Notes: generated from the sequence alone by a model not told the origin. A DNA stretch of 64,000 nt from an uncultured bacterium (GCA_949288455.1 CASEKF010000033.1:1244-65243), one strand, 5' to 3'. Positions 31,059 through 40,815 are shown, counted from the stretch's first letter. Translations and numbers: made by a program.

Positions 31059-32075
31059 ATGAAAAAAGTTGTAGCGATCACGATTAACTTATTAGCTTTG
31101 CTATGCTTATGCCTAGGAATATCCCAGGCCCAGCAGACGGAAGATAAAGCATGTGCGGCCCGTATTAAGACGTTTTCTCAGGCCGTGGAATTATGGGCTA
31201 ACGACCACGATGGAAAATTTCCCGATATAAGCGAATTTGGGTCGGACGAATTTTTTAAATACGTAAAAAAAGTCGAGCCTACGGCGACGCCAAAAATTCG
31301 CTATTGCAAAGATTCAGACTTAACTTACGAATATGCCTTGTCCGGTAAAAATTACCTTATAAAATGTCCGAATCCTTGGATTCATAAAACCGGAGCATAT
31401 TTTTACAGCAGGGATACCGGAACAGTTCAAACTAAAGGCGAGCCTTTAAGCGACAAAGAAATAAAAGATCTCAAGAGCCAAAAACTAAAACAAAAAGAAA
31501 ACGCGAAAACAGCGGATAAAACAAAAGAACGGAAAAAAGAAAACGCGAAAAAAACGGATAAAACAAAAGAACGGAAAAAAGAAAACGTACAAAAAACAGA
31601 GAAAGACGTAAAAGACGATACTAAAACTCCAAAGGCGACCAATACGTCGGCAGTACTGACCGAGGAAGATAAAAACGCGATGGTATCGGTAATAAAAGAA
31701 CTTTATGACGCCTACGCGACAAGAAATCTTGAAAAAGTTCTCGAATTGCAAAAAGAATCCATAGAATCTTCAGCCGTAGAGTATGAAAGACAAGGCAAAG
31801 GTTCGGCTCAAGACGTAAGAGACGCATATAGAAGCGCTACGGACGAGATTCTTAATCATAAAGAATTCAGAATGTTGCCTTTGAATATTTCCGATCTCAC
31901 TTTCCAGAAAAAAGGAGAGCTCTGCAGAGTTACCAGCGTAGTTCCAATAATAGCCACGGATAGATTGGAAGTCTCGGAAGACGGGAAATATTTCTTCGTA
32001 AGGTTGAGAATAGGAGAATTCGTATTCGCGCCAAACGAAAAAGGATGGAAAATACATACGATGTATTTATATTGA
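31059..32075 (+). CDS. Secreted hypothetical protein with Lys/Glu-rich 14-aa tandem repeats
   Basis: 338 aa with a signal peptide (ITINLLALLCLCLGISQA). Repeats are KENAKTADKTKERK / KENAKKTDKTKERK. Confidence 0.6.
   Translation: MKKVVAITINLLALLCLCLGISQAQQTEDKACAARIKTFSQAVELWANDHDGKFPDISEFGSDEFFKYVKKVEPTATPKIRYCKDSDLTYEYALSGKNYLIKCPNPWIHKTGAYFYSRDTGTVQTKGEPLSDKEIKDLKSQKLKQKENAKTADKTKERKKENAKKTDKTKERKKENVQKTEKDVKDDTKTPKATNTSAVLTEEDKNAMVSVIKELYDAYATRNLEKVLELQKESIESSAVEYERQGKGSAQDVRDAYRSATDEILNHKEFRMLPLNISDLTFQKKGELCRVTSVVPIIATDRLEVSEDGKYFFVRLRIGEFVFAPNEKGWKIHTMYLY
31496..31605 (+). repeat. 42-bp direct tandem repeat (about 2.6 copies) inside a coding region
   Basis: aagaaaacgcgaaaa(c/a)a(g/a)cggataaaacaaaagaacggaaaa appears twice near-identically, followed by a degenerate third copy. 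Confidence 0.7.
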
Positions 32076-32079
32076 TCGG

Positions 32080-32106
32080 CAAGGGGCTGAGGCCCCTTTT
32101 TTTTAT
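32080..32106 (+). terminator. Rho-independent terminator
   Basis: GC hairpin aggggc-tgag-gcccct followed by T9. Confidence 0.85.
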
Positions 32107-32144
32107 ATTTTAAACGCGTCGGATAAAATTCGGGATAAGATAAT

Positions 32145-33221
32145 ATGGAAACTAATTTTAAAATCGATTTAAAAGGCATGAATACTACGGATCTTGAAAA
32201 CTTTTTTTTACGGATGAACGAAAAGTCTTTCAGATCAAAACAAATGATAAAATGGATATATCAAAAAGGATCTTCAAATTTTGACGAGATGACAGATTTC
32301 AGTAAGGTCCTTAAAATGCGTCTAAAAAAAACGGCCCATATAAGCGCGCTTAAAACGTTAAGGCATATTATCTCAGACAATCGAGATACAGAGAAATTTC
32401 TTTTTGAGCTTAACGACGGGAACTTAATAGAAAGCGTAGTAATGAGTTATGAAGATCACGTCGGGCCTTCCAGATTGACGGCATGTATTTCCTCTCAAGT
32501 AGGGTGCGCTATGAACTGTTCGTTCTGCGCCACCGGTAAAAGCGGCTTTATCAGGAACCTCACGGCGGGAGAAATAGTAGATCAAGTAATACAAATGCAA
32601 AAATCAGTCTCGCAATCGGAAAGGCGAATAGCAAACGTAGTGCTTATGGGGATGGGAGAACCTCTGCTTAATTATGATAACGTTCTTAAAGCGATTAGAA
32701 TACTTAATATTCCGGAAGGGACGGCGATAGGACTACGTCATATAGCCATATCTACCTGCGGTATTATTCCGGGAATAGAAAGAATAAGCGACGAGGGACT
32801 TCAAATAAAACTCGCAGTATCTCTTCACTCTCCATTCGATAAAGTAAGAAGCTCAATCATGCCTATAAACAACAAGTATCCTCTGGCTTACTTAATGGCT
32901 TCGCTCAAAAATTACCAGCTAAAGACAGGGAGAAGAATTACTTTCGAATACGCCATGATCGACGGAATCAACGACGATTTAGAATCAGCCTCGGAATTGG
33001 CCAAAATATTAAAAGGATTTACGGCGCTGATAAATTTAATTCCTCTAAATTCAGTAGCGGAGGCCAAAGCAAACAGAAGTCCAAATCACAAAATAGAAGC
33101 GTTCCAAAAATTCATGCAGTCAAAAGGGATAAGAACGACTATCAGAAAAGAAAGAGGAACAGATATTGAAGCGGCATGCGGCCAGCTCAGAAAAAAAACT
33201 ATGGGAAAAACATATGAATGA
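32145..33221 (+). CDS. rlmN: 23S rRNA (adenine2503-C2)/tRNA methyltransferase, radical SAM
   Basis: 358 aa with radical-SAM CAMNCSFCATG and conserved RlmN C-terminal Cys. Confidence 0.85.
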   Translation: METNFKIDLKGMNTTDLENFFLRMNEKSFRSKQMIKWIYQKGSSNFDEMTDFSKVLKMRLKKTAHISALKTLRHIISDNRDTEKFLFELNDGNLIESVVMSYEDHVGPSRLTACISSQVGCAMNCSFCATGKSGFIRNLTAGEIVDQVIQMQKSVSQSERRIANVVLMGMGEPLLNYDNVLKAIRILNIPEGTAIGLRHIAISTCGIIPGIERISDEGLQIKLAVSLHSPFDKVRSSIMPINNKYPLAYLMASLKNYQLKTGRRITFEYAMIDGINDDLESASELAKILKGFTALINLIPLNSVAEAKANRSPNHKIEAFQKFMQSKGIRTTIRKERGTDIEAACGQLRKKTMGKTYE

Positions 33222-34059
33222 AAATTTTCTATTGATGTGGAAAAAATTCAAAAAAAATAAAATGGCTCTTATTTCCTTAATCCTTATATCAGGATTTATA
33301 TTAACGGCAATATTTGCTTCTTATATAGCCCCATACAATCCCGACGAACAAAACGCAGCTTACGGCGGAGAGCCCCAACCCCCCTCGGCAAAACATTTGT
33401 TTGGAACCGACAATTACGGAAGAGATCTCTTTTCAAGAGCTATTTTCGGGACTAGAATATCTTTATTGGTAGGCTTTGGTTCAGTTGGCATATATATGAT
33501 TATAGGCATAATTTTAGGAGCTTTATCAGGTTATACGGGAGGCTTGACAGACGCTCTTATTATGAGACTTTCCGATATAATGCTCAGTATTCCGGTATTT
33601 TTCTTTATTATAGCTCTCCAAGCCATATTTACTCCTTCCGTATGGAACGTGATCCTCGTAATAGGGCTAACGGGATGGGCGGCCCCTACAAGACTTATGA
33701 GAGCTCAGGCTCTTTCATTAAAAGAAGCTCTCTTTGTCGAAGCGGCGAAATCTTACGGCGGCAAAACTTTATATATAATATTCAAACACATTATGCCTAA
33801 CGCTTTATCGCCTATGATAGTCATGGCTACCTTAGGAATAGCTTCGGCAATATTAATGGAATCTACTCTTAGTTTCCTCGGCTTAGGGATTCAGGAACCT
33901 CAGGCAAGTTGGGGAAACATGCTTATGAGAGCTCAGGAATATATGTCCTCCGCCCCTTGGATGGCGCTTTATCCCGGCATATTGATAATGACGACGGTAA
34001 TAGCGTTTAATTTTTTCGGCGACGGATTAAGAGACGCGTTAGATCCAAAAACTTCATAA
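33214..34059 (+). CDS. ABC transporter permease, OppC/DppC family
   Basis: Six TM helices and a binding-protein-dependent transport EAA-like loop (EAAKSYGG). The start at 33214 overlaps rlmN by 8 nt. Confidence 0.75.
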   Translation: MNENFLLMWKKFKKNKMALISLILISGFILTAIFASYIAPYNPDEQNAAYGGEPQPPSAKHLFGTDNYGRDLFSRAIFGTRISLLVGFGSVGIYMIIGIILGALSGYTGGLTDALIMRLSDIMLSIPVFFFIIALQAIFTPSVWNVILVIGLTGWAAPTRLMRAQALSLKEALFVEAAKSYGGKTLYIIFKHIMPNALSPMIVMATLGIASAILMESTLSFLGLGIQEPQASWGNMLMRAQEYMSSAPWMALYPGILIMTTVIAFNFFGDGLRDALDPKTS

Positions 34060-34124
34060 AACATAACGATTTAATCAAAAAAATATTTGATATAAGCAGA
34101 CTTACGGTTCAAAAAAAGGAGGCG

Positions 34125-34757
34125 ATGCCGGTGAGCGTTTTTATAATCAGCAACTCTATTACGAATTCTGTATTGACCAAATTAAGAGATAAAAACTCTA
34201 CTAGCGCCGAATTCCGAGAGAATGCCAAACTTTTATCTTTTATAATGGCATATGAAGCGGGCAAAGAGCTTAAAACGGAAGACAAACCGACCGCTTCGGT
34301 TCTGGCCGATATAAATTCGCCCGTTCTTTCAGAACAAATAACTTTAGCGCCTATTTTAAGAGCGGGATTAGGAATGACCGACTCTTTCCTTAAAATATAC
34401 AAAGAGGCGTCCATAGCTCCATTAGGTCTTTCGCGGGATCATGAAACGTTAAAACCTACGCTGTATTACTCTAATATACCCAAAAAAGTTTCGGAAAGCT
34501 TATGCTTTATACTCGATCCGATGCTAGCCACCGGAGGTACGGCATGTTTTGCGGTTGACTATCTAACAAGCCTGGGAGTAAAATGTGAAAGGATGAAACT
34601 TTTTTCAATTCTTGCCAGTCCGGAAGGCATAGATAAAGTAAAATCCTCACATCCTAAAGTAGATATTTATCTCATAGCTAAAGACGAAAAACTCAACGGA
34701 CGAGGATATATACTGCCGGGACTCGGGGACGCCGGAGACAGAATATTCAATACTTAA
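34125..34757 (+). CDS. upp: Uracil phosphoribosyltransferase
   Basis: Near-collinear with E. coli Upp (ILRAGLGM, LDPMLATGG, YILPGLGDAGDRIF). Confidence 0.9.
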   Translation: MPVSVFIISNSITNSVLTKLRDKNSTSAEFRENAKLLSFIMAYEAGKELKTEDKPTASVLADINSPVLSEQITLAPILRAGLGMTDSFLKIYKEASIAPLGLSRDHETLKPTLYYSNIPKKVSESLCFILDPMLATGGTACFAVDYLTSLGVKCERMKLFSILASPEGIDKVKSSHPKVDIYLIAKDEKLNGRGYILPGLGDAGDRIFNT

Positions 34758-34770
34758 AATAAAGAAACGC

Positions 34771-35172
34771 TTGGGAGAAAAAATGGAAAATATAACGAAA
34801 AAACACAATATAAAAATAGATCATATAGGATATGTGACCAACTCTCTGGAAAAACTGATAAAATTCCACGAAGATCTCGGTTTTAACGTATATCCGGAAG
34901 AAGACGCTCCGAATATGAATCAAAAAATGCAAATAATAGAAAAAGACGGGGTGAAAATAGAATTTCTAGCTCCTTATACATCTCCTCCGCCGCAAAGCTT
35001 AGGAGCGCAGCATTTCGCCTATTCATGTTCCGGCATAGAAGAACTCTTAGCGACTTTTGAAAAAAAAGGCTATAAAGCCGTCGTGCCTATCTCGAAATAT
35101 AAGGACAGAAAATTTTTCTTTATAAGAGATCCTCAAGGCGTATATATCGAATTCATGGAATATGAAAAATAA
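34771..35172 (+). CDS. VOC/glyoxalase-family protein (methylmalonyl-CoA epimerase-like)
   Basis: 133 aa with a vicinal oxygen chelate fold (IDHIGYVTNSLE ... YIEFMEY). Confidence 0.6.
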   Translation: MGEKMENITKKHNIKIDHIGYVTNSLEKLIKFHEDLGFNVYPEEDAPNMNQKMQIIEKDGVKIEFLAPYTSPPPQSLGAQHFAYSCSGIEELLATFEKKGYKAVVPISKYKDRKFFFIRDPQGVYIEFMEYEK

Positions 35173-35193
35173 ATGCGGAAAGGGACTTAAACG

Positions 35194-35976
35194 ATGAATT
35201 TAAACGGTAAGCATTATCTGATAACGGGGGCTTCGAGAGGTTTGGGAAAAGCGGTCGCTCTGAAATGTGCCGAAGCCGGATGCAAAGCCTTAACCTTATG
35301 GTCAAGAAATATGGAACTATTGGAAGAACTCTCCAGAAACGAAGCGTTCGAAAATATAGACGTATTTTGTCAGGCTATCGACGTATCAGACTCTGAAGCG
35401 CTTGTAGAAGCGTTTAAAGAAGCGGAGACTAACGGGCCTTTCGACGGTCTTGTAAATTGCGCGGGATACGGCAAACCTTGTCCGTTTGAAAAAGTAACGC
35501 CTGAAATTTTCGCCAAAACGATGGACACTAATTTTAAAGCGGTTTTTTTTCTTTCCCAGCTTATGTTTAAACATCTGAAAACCGACAAAAGAGAAGGATG
35601 CGTAATAAACGTAGGCTCCGTTTCGGGGAAAACTCCGGATAGAACGTTAAGCGTCTATTCGCCTTCAAAAGCGGCCGTAATAGCTTTGACTCAAGTTATG
35701 TCAAAAGAACTCGCTCCATATAAAATAAGGGTTAACTGCGTATGTCCCGGAGCGATGGATACGGATATGTTTCATAAGGATACGATAGGCGCCTTTTCCG
35801 AAATGTTCTCGGTTTCCGAAGAACAGCTGCTGCGTTCGACAATTAACGCTATTCCGCTCAAGCGTCTTGTAAAACCTGAAGAAGCGGCAGAATTAATAGT
35901 TTATTTATTGTCGGATAAAGCCTCGGCAATAACGGGACAATCCATAAATATAGACTGCGGTTTAGAATTTCATTAA
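35194..35976 (+). CDS. SDR-family oxidoreductase (FabG-like)
   Basis: TGASRGLGKA Rossmann motif and YSPSKAA catalytic motif. Confidence 0.8.
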   Translation: MNLNGKHYLITGASRGLGKAVALKCAEAGCKALTLWSRNMELLEELSRNEAFENIDVFCQAIDVSDSEALVEAFKEAETNGPFDGLVNCAGYGKPCPFEKVTPEIFAKTMDTNFKAVFFLSQLMFKHLKTDKREGCVINVGSVSGKTPDRTLSVYSPSKAAVIALTQVMSKELAPYKIRVNCVCPGAMDTDMFHKDTIGAFSEMFSVSEEQLLRSTINAIPLKRLVKPEEAAELIVYLLSDKASAITGQSINIDCGLEFH

Positions 35977-36102
35977 GCCGAGTATAAAAAAGGGTTTTAA
36001 TTTATATCATAGAATAAATTATAATTTCATCTGATATATTTTTGTATCAATGGTTGGAAATAAACTTAATTTTTTCAAAGACTCAAGAAAGAGGTGTAAT
36101 AA

Positions 36103-36273
36103 ATGGCTAAAAGCTCTAATAAAAAACCGGGCGATCCTAAATGTAGAGGATGCAGAGGAGTTCTCGAAGGCTCTGAGGTAGTGCGTATAGGAGGAGCAAA
36201 ATGGCATAAAGAATGCGCTGTAAAAGCAGGCAAGAAAATTCCTGCCGAATATCAGCAAGCTACAGAAGTTTAA
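36103..36273 (+). CDS. Unannotated 56-aa Cys4 zinc-ribbon mini-protein
   Basis: ATG preceded by AGAAAGAGGTG RBS. Sequence is MAKSSNKKPGDPKCRGCRGVLEGSEVVRIGGAKWHKECAVKAGKKIPAEYQQATEV. It falls below the ORF-track length cutoff and lies directly upstream of the EF-G-like gene. Confidence 0.55.
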   Translation: MAKSSNKKPGDPKCRGCRGVLEGSEVVRIGGAKWHKECAVKAGKKIPAEYQQATEV

Positions 36274-36314
36274 GCAACAAAGCAGTTTTTATCTTTTAAG
36301 GAGGATTTCGACAG

Positions 36315-38393
36315 GTGAAAAGATACGCCACCGAAAAAATAAAAAATATCGCCTTCTATGGTCATGGTGGAAGCGGAAAAACATCCATGGTCGAAGCGAT
36401 GCTTTTCAATACAGGCGTCATAGATAGAATTGGGCGAGTAGAAGACGGAAACACGGCTATGGATTTTGACGAAGACGAAAAAAAACGGGGAATGTCAATA
36501 TACACGTCTCTGGCTCCATGCCAATGGAAGGATTATAAAATAAATTGTCTCGACGTTCCGGGCTTTCTGGATTTTATATCGGAAATTAAAAGCTCAATCG
36601 CCGCAATAGAAGGCGCGGTTCTTTTTGCGTCGGCCAACGTAGGTCTAGAAGTAGGATTAGAGAGAGTATGGAATGAAATTGAAGAGAGACGCATTCCGTC
36701 TATCCTTGTAATAAATAAAATGGATAAAGAAAACTCGGACTATTTTAAAGTAGTTCAAGAAGTTCAAGAAAAGCTCTCTCCTATATTCCATCCGCTTCAC
36801 CTGCCGATAGGTTCTTTCGACTCCTACAGCGGATACGTAGATCTGCTTACTTTAACCGCTTACAAATATACGAACGGCAAACCCGAAAAAATAGATATTC
36901 CCAAAGAATTGACTGATAAAGTCGAAGAATACAGAGCTTCTTTGATAGAATCCGCCGCAGAGGGCGACGACGAACTAATTGAAAAATTTCTTATGGAAGA
37001 AACTCTTACCGACGAAGAAATAGCCCGCGGACTTAAAGAAGCCGTTAAAGCGGGAAAATTAATTCCGATAGTATGCGCGTCGGCCACCAAGAATATAGCG
37101 GTAGACGCTCTAATGAATACCGTTATAAATTTAATTCCGGCTCCAAACGAAGTCGCCCCGCATAAAGCGATTAACGTAAAAACGGAAGAAGAAGTCCAAG
37201 TAGAATGCTCTTCTAAAGATCCTTTCTCTGCGATAGTATTCAAGACTACCGCAGATCCTTACGTCGGCAAACTTTCATTCTTAAAAATAATGTCCGGAAC
37301 ATTTTCCGGAGACGCCGTAGTAATTAACGCAAACAAAGATAAAGAAGAAAAAATAGCCGGTTTAATGGTTATGAGGGGCAAAACTCAAGAAAATATAGAA
37401 GAAGCGGAATGCGGCGATATAGTTACCGTAGCCAAACTTGCGGACACCACGACGGGAGAAACTCTTTGCGCTAAAGAGAGACAAATAAAATTCATGCCTA
37501 TAGAATATCCCGAGCCGGCTATGTCCCTGGCGGTATTTCCAAAGAGCAAAGGCGACGAAGATAAACTTGGAAGCGGTCTTGCTAAAATAAGCGACGAAGA
37601 TCCTACGTTTAGAGTCAAAAGAGACTCCGAAACAAAGGAAACTATATTAAGCGGAATGGGAGAACTCCATCTTGAAATAGCCAAAGACAAACTTAAACGG
37701 AAATTTGGCGTCGAAGTAGAGTTTAAAACTCCAAGAATACCGTATAAAGAAACAATTAAGAAAAAAGCTCACGTAGACAGCAAATATAAAAAGCAATCCG
37801 GAGGAAAAGGTCAGTACGGACATTGCGTAATCGATATAGAACCTCTGGAAAGAGGAAAATATTTCGATTTCATAGATAAAACTGTCGGAGGAGCCATACC
37901 TAAAAACTTTATACCTTCTATTGAAAAAGGCATAAGGAATACCATGGAAAAAGGAGCTATAGCCGGATATCCTATCGTCGACATTTCCATAACCGTAGTA
38001 GACGGTTCTTATCATACCGTCGACTCTTCGGACATGGCTTTTCAAATAGCCGGAAGCATGGGGCTGAAAAAGGGAATGGCAGACGCGTCTCCCTGTCTCT
38101 TGGAACCTATAAACAACGTTGAAATCACAGTCCCTGATCAATATATGGGAGACGTTATAGGCGATATAAACTCAAAAAGAGGCAGAATCATGGGAATGGA
38201 TCCTGCCGGAAAAGGGAACCAAATAGTAAAAGCTCAGGTTCCTTTGGCCGAAATGCAGAGATATGCGATAGATCTTCGCTCTATGACCCAAGGCAGAGGC
38301 GTTTATACGATGGAATTTGATCATTATGAAGAAGTTCCGTCGCAGATAGCCGAAACTATAATAGAAGAATATAAGAAAGAAAATGAGGCTTAA
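36315..38393 (+). CDS. Elongation factor G paralog with non-canonical switch II (PGF instead of PGH)
   Basis: 692 aa with a GTG start. trGTPase motifs are GHGGSGKTS (G1), DVPGF (G3), NKMD (G4) and SAT (G5), followed by EF-G domains II-V. Confidence 0.8.
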   Translation: MKRYATEKIKNIAFYGHGGSGKTSMVEAMLFNTGVIDRIGRVEDGNTAMDFDEDEKKRGMSIYTSLAPCQWKDYKINCLDVPGFLDFISEIKSSIAAIEGAVLFASANVGLEVGLERVWNEIEERRIPSILVINKMDKENSDYFKVVQEVQEKLSPIFHPLHLPIGSFDSYSGYVDLLTLTAYKYTNGKPEKIDIPKELTDKVEEYRASLIESAAEGDDELIEKFLMEETLTDEEIARGLKEAVKAGKLIPIVCASATKNIAVDALMNTVINLIPAPNEVAPHKAINVKTEEEVQVECSSKDPFSAIVFKTTADPYVGKLSFLKIMSGTFSGDAVVINANKDKEEKIAGLMVMRGKTQENIEEAECGDIVTVAKLADTTTGETLCAKERQIKFMPIEYPEPAMSLAVFPKSKGDEDKLGSGLAKISDEDPTFRVKRDSETKETILSGMGELHLEIAKDKLKRKFGVEVEFKTPRIPYKETIKKKAHVDSKYKKQSGGKGQYGHCVIDIEPLERGKYFDFIDKTVGGAIPKNFIPSIEKGIRNTMEKGAIAGYPIVDISITVVDGSYHTVDSSDMAFQIAGSMGLKKGMADASPCLLEPINNVEITVPDQYMGDVIGDINSKRGRIMGMDPAGKGNQIVKAQVPLAEMQRYAIDLRSMTQGRGVYTMEFDHYEEVPSQIAETIIEEYKKENEA

Positions 38394-38404
38394 CGCCATC
38401 CTAA

Positions 38405-38437
38405 AGGCGAAAACCGCAATAAGTTTGGTTTTCGCCT
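38405..38437 (+). terminator. Hairpin downstream of the EF-G-like gene (possible terminator/attenuator)
   Basis: 11-bp stem aggcgaaaacc/ggttttcgcct with an 11-nt loop and weak U-tract. Confidence 0.4.
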
Positions 38438-38460
38438 TTACATAAAATAAGGAGGATTCT

Positions 38461-39606
38461 ATGAAAAAAATTTTTTCTTTATTCGCCGCTATCCTTATAA
38501 CTTTAGCCGTAGTAGGCTGCGGCGAAGAATATAAAGACGGAACTCCCGCTCAGACGATTCCCGGCGGAAACACACCCTTGCCAGACGTCCCGGTAACGGT
38601 AGACGAATCTGTCCGGCAATTATTCTACACGTCTTCTGAAGGAACCGTAGCGGACGTATGCGTAAGCGGCAACGTCATATATTTCCCGGTCGCTTCAGGC
38701 AACAACAGCTCGATAAAAGCATACGACTTAACGACAGACGTTTTGTCTACTTTCGAAACCGGCCTGACAAATCCATTCAGCGTATGCGCCGCTAACGGCG
38801 GAATATATTATACGGAACGTATTGGCGGCTATGGACAATTGAGTTTTTCGGACGGAGTATCCGCTCCGGTAGCAATTACCGCTTCAAGACAGCTCCTTGA
38901 TCCGACTTATATAAGATCTAACGGCTCAAATATTTTAGGAGTCGACTTCGCCGTAACTTCAAGCTTCGTTTTTTCATTGCCTATAGGCGCAACCGAATAT
39001 ACTGTGTCGACGCCTTCCACAAGCTGGTCTCCGGCTGCGTTTTTTGATTTTTCCATATACGGCGGAAACGTCCTGGCCGGAAACTTCTCGGCTAACGGCG
39101 GCCTATCGTTATTCGATACCGCTTCCGAAACAGGAGCTTGGGGAACCGGCGGAAAATTTGTAACTTCGCCTTTCTATGATTCCGCGCTCGGACATTTTGT
39201 CTTCTCAAGCTGGCAGGAAGAAGGCAAATTAATGATCAAATCTTTGGATCCCGCCTCCAACTTGGAAAATACTATCGTAAGCGACAATATTCCGGCGGCT
39301 TATAAAGTAGTTCAATCCAAAGTCAATCCTAATAAATACTATTTTACGTCCTGCGGAACAAATGGAAGTCAGGGAGTTTACTCTATTAACAGCGACGGCA
39401 CAAATATGGTCAGAATCGCTCAGGATACCCAAACTACTCCTATGCTTTCTCCGGCTATGATAATTATAAATCAAAGAGACGATCTGCCGGACGGATACGA
39501 ACAGATCATATGGACATGCGGCGGCGGTTCTTTCGATAAAACGACCGGAAAATTCACGGGTTCAAACGGAGCAGTCTATACAAAAATACATAATATAAGC
39601 GAATAA
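38461..39606 (+). CDS. Lipoprotein, hypothetical (beta-propeller-like repeats)
   Basis: Signal peptide with lipobox LAVVGC. No catalytic motifs recognised. Confidence 0.6.
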   Translation: MKKIFSLFAAILITLAVVGCGEEYKDGTPAQTIPGGNTPLPDVPVTVDESVRQLFYTSSEGTVADVCVSGNVIYFPVASGNNSSIKAYDLTTDVLSTFETGLTNPFSVCAANGGIYYTERIGGYGQLSFSDGVSAPVAITASRQLLDPTYIRSNGSNILGVDFAVTSSFVFSLPIGATEYTVSTPSTSWSPAAFFDFSIYGGNVLAGNFSANGGLSLFDTASETGAWGTGGKFVTSPFYDSALGHFVFSSWQEEGKLMIKSLDPASNLENTIVSDNIPAAYKVVQSKVNPNKYYFTSCGTNGSQGVYSINSDGTNMVRIAQDTQTTPMLSPAMIIINQRDDLPDGYEQIIWTCGGGSFDKTTGKFTGSNGAVYTKIHNISE

Positions 39607-39618
39607 TTAAATATAATA

Positions 39619-39655
39619 AAAGTCTCCGGATTTTTTTTCCGGAGACTTTTTATTA
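39619..39655. terminator. Bidirectional rho-independent terminator
   Basis: agtctccgg-loop T8-ccggagact. A/T runs on both sides. Lies between convergent genes. Confidence 0.8.
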
Positions 39656-39668
39656 TATTGTTAAAAAA

Positions 39669-40802
39669 TCATTTTAATATTTCAGACGAAGAAAAATCCC
39701 TATCAAGCGATAATTTTCTAAATAAATTCTCGTCAATCAACGGTTTTCCCGTTTTTATCATATTATCGATATTAACGGCTATGCCAGGGCCAAGCATAAG
39801 CCCTTGTCCGCACATTCCCAAAGCCGTTATTATATTGCCGCGTCTATCAACAAAAGGCACGCCGTCTTTTGTCATAGGATAAAAACCGCACCAGGAACGC
39901 CTAACCTTAACGTCGACCAATCCGGGAATCAAATTCAGCATGCGCCGACATATATTTGGAAGAAACGACGAAGTGTTTGTATTTGAAGAAGCGCTTAAAT
40001 CAGGCGGATCCGGCGATAAGCAGAAAATAATTTGCCCTTCCCTATTCTGATAAAAATAACAGCTGGCATAATCTCCTTTTTTCTCTATATCTACGACCAT
40101 AGCCTCAGTAAATCGTCCCACAGGTTCGGTTATAGCCGCCTCATGCCGCTCCATAAAAATTTCAGCCGATATTCCGGCTAATTTATGTACGTCGCAAACG
40201 CCGCTTGCCAAAATACAAACTCCGAATCCATATTTAGATTTATTAGTCTCAACCGTAGACGAAGATACTTTTAAAGCTTCTTCATTGAATAAAAATTCAG
40301 TTCCATTTTTAACCGCTTGTCTATAAAAAGCCTGCGCGGCAAGAAGAGAAGATATAGTCCCGTCCCCGGGCGCAAAGGAAGCTCCGCGCAAACCTTCCTT
40401 TTTTAAACCGGAGACTATCTCTAACGTTTCGTCAGGGGAAATCCAGCTTATATTTAAATTAAAGGAAGTCTGAACTTTTAAAAGGTCTTTTAAAATTGTT
40501 TCGGTAGCCTCCGTATAAGCAGGATAAAGATAACCTCCCTGAGTCCAAGAAATATCGTCCCCGTAAGTATCCTGCCAAGATGAAAGAACTTGCAGACTCG
40601 CGTGACATAAAGCTATTTTGCATCCCTCCGAATGAGTAGCCCTGATCCCTCCGATCGCGGCTTTATTCTGTCCCTGGGAGAATGAAAATTCACGCTCTAT
40701 AACCGCCGTCTTAAATCCTGATTCCGAAAGCTTCCAAGCCAGAGGCAGCCCGACGCTTCCGGCTCCGACTATTATAATATCATAATTTTTCATATATTCC
40801 AT
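39669..40802 (-). CDS. FAD-dependent oxidoreductase, HcnC/SoxB/DadA-like
   Basis: 377 aa with N-terminal dinucleotide fold 'DIIIVGAGSVGLPLAWKL'. Confidence 0.7.
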   Translation of the reverse strand: MEYMKNYDIIIVGAGSVGLPLAWKLSESGFKTAVIEREFSFSQGQNKAAIGGIRATHSEGCKIALCHASLQVLSSWQDTYGDDISWTQGGYLYPAYTEATETILKDLLKVQTSFNLNISWISPDETLEIVSGLKKEGLRGASFAPGDGTISSLLAAQAFYRQAVKNGTEFLFNEEALKVSSSTVETNKSKYGFGVCILASGVCDVHKLAGISAEIFMERHEAAITEPVGRFTEAMVVDIEKKGDYASCYFYQNREGQIIFCLSPDPPDLSASSNTNTSSFLPNICRRMLNLIPGLVDVKVRRSWCGFYPMTKDGVPFVDRRGNIITALGMCGQGLMLGPGIAVNIDNMIKTGKPLIDENLFRKLSLDRDFSSSEILK

Positions 40803-40815
40803 GCCTTATTCTTAT

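Noticed and set aside
31496-31605. CRISPR-like array
   Set aside because: The repeats are adjacent with no spacers, lie in frame within a CDS, and have no cas genes. This is a coding tandem repeat.
31427-31827. Minus-strand ORFs of 68-88 aa rich in F/R/S opposite the repeat protein
   Set aside because: These are antisense artefacts of the Lys/Glu-rich repeat coding region (poly-A/G on the sense strand gives open frames on the antisense strand).
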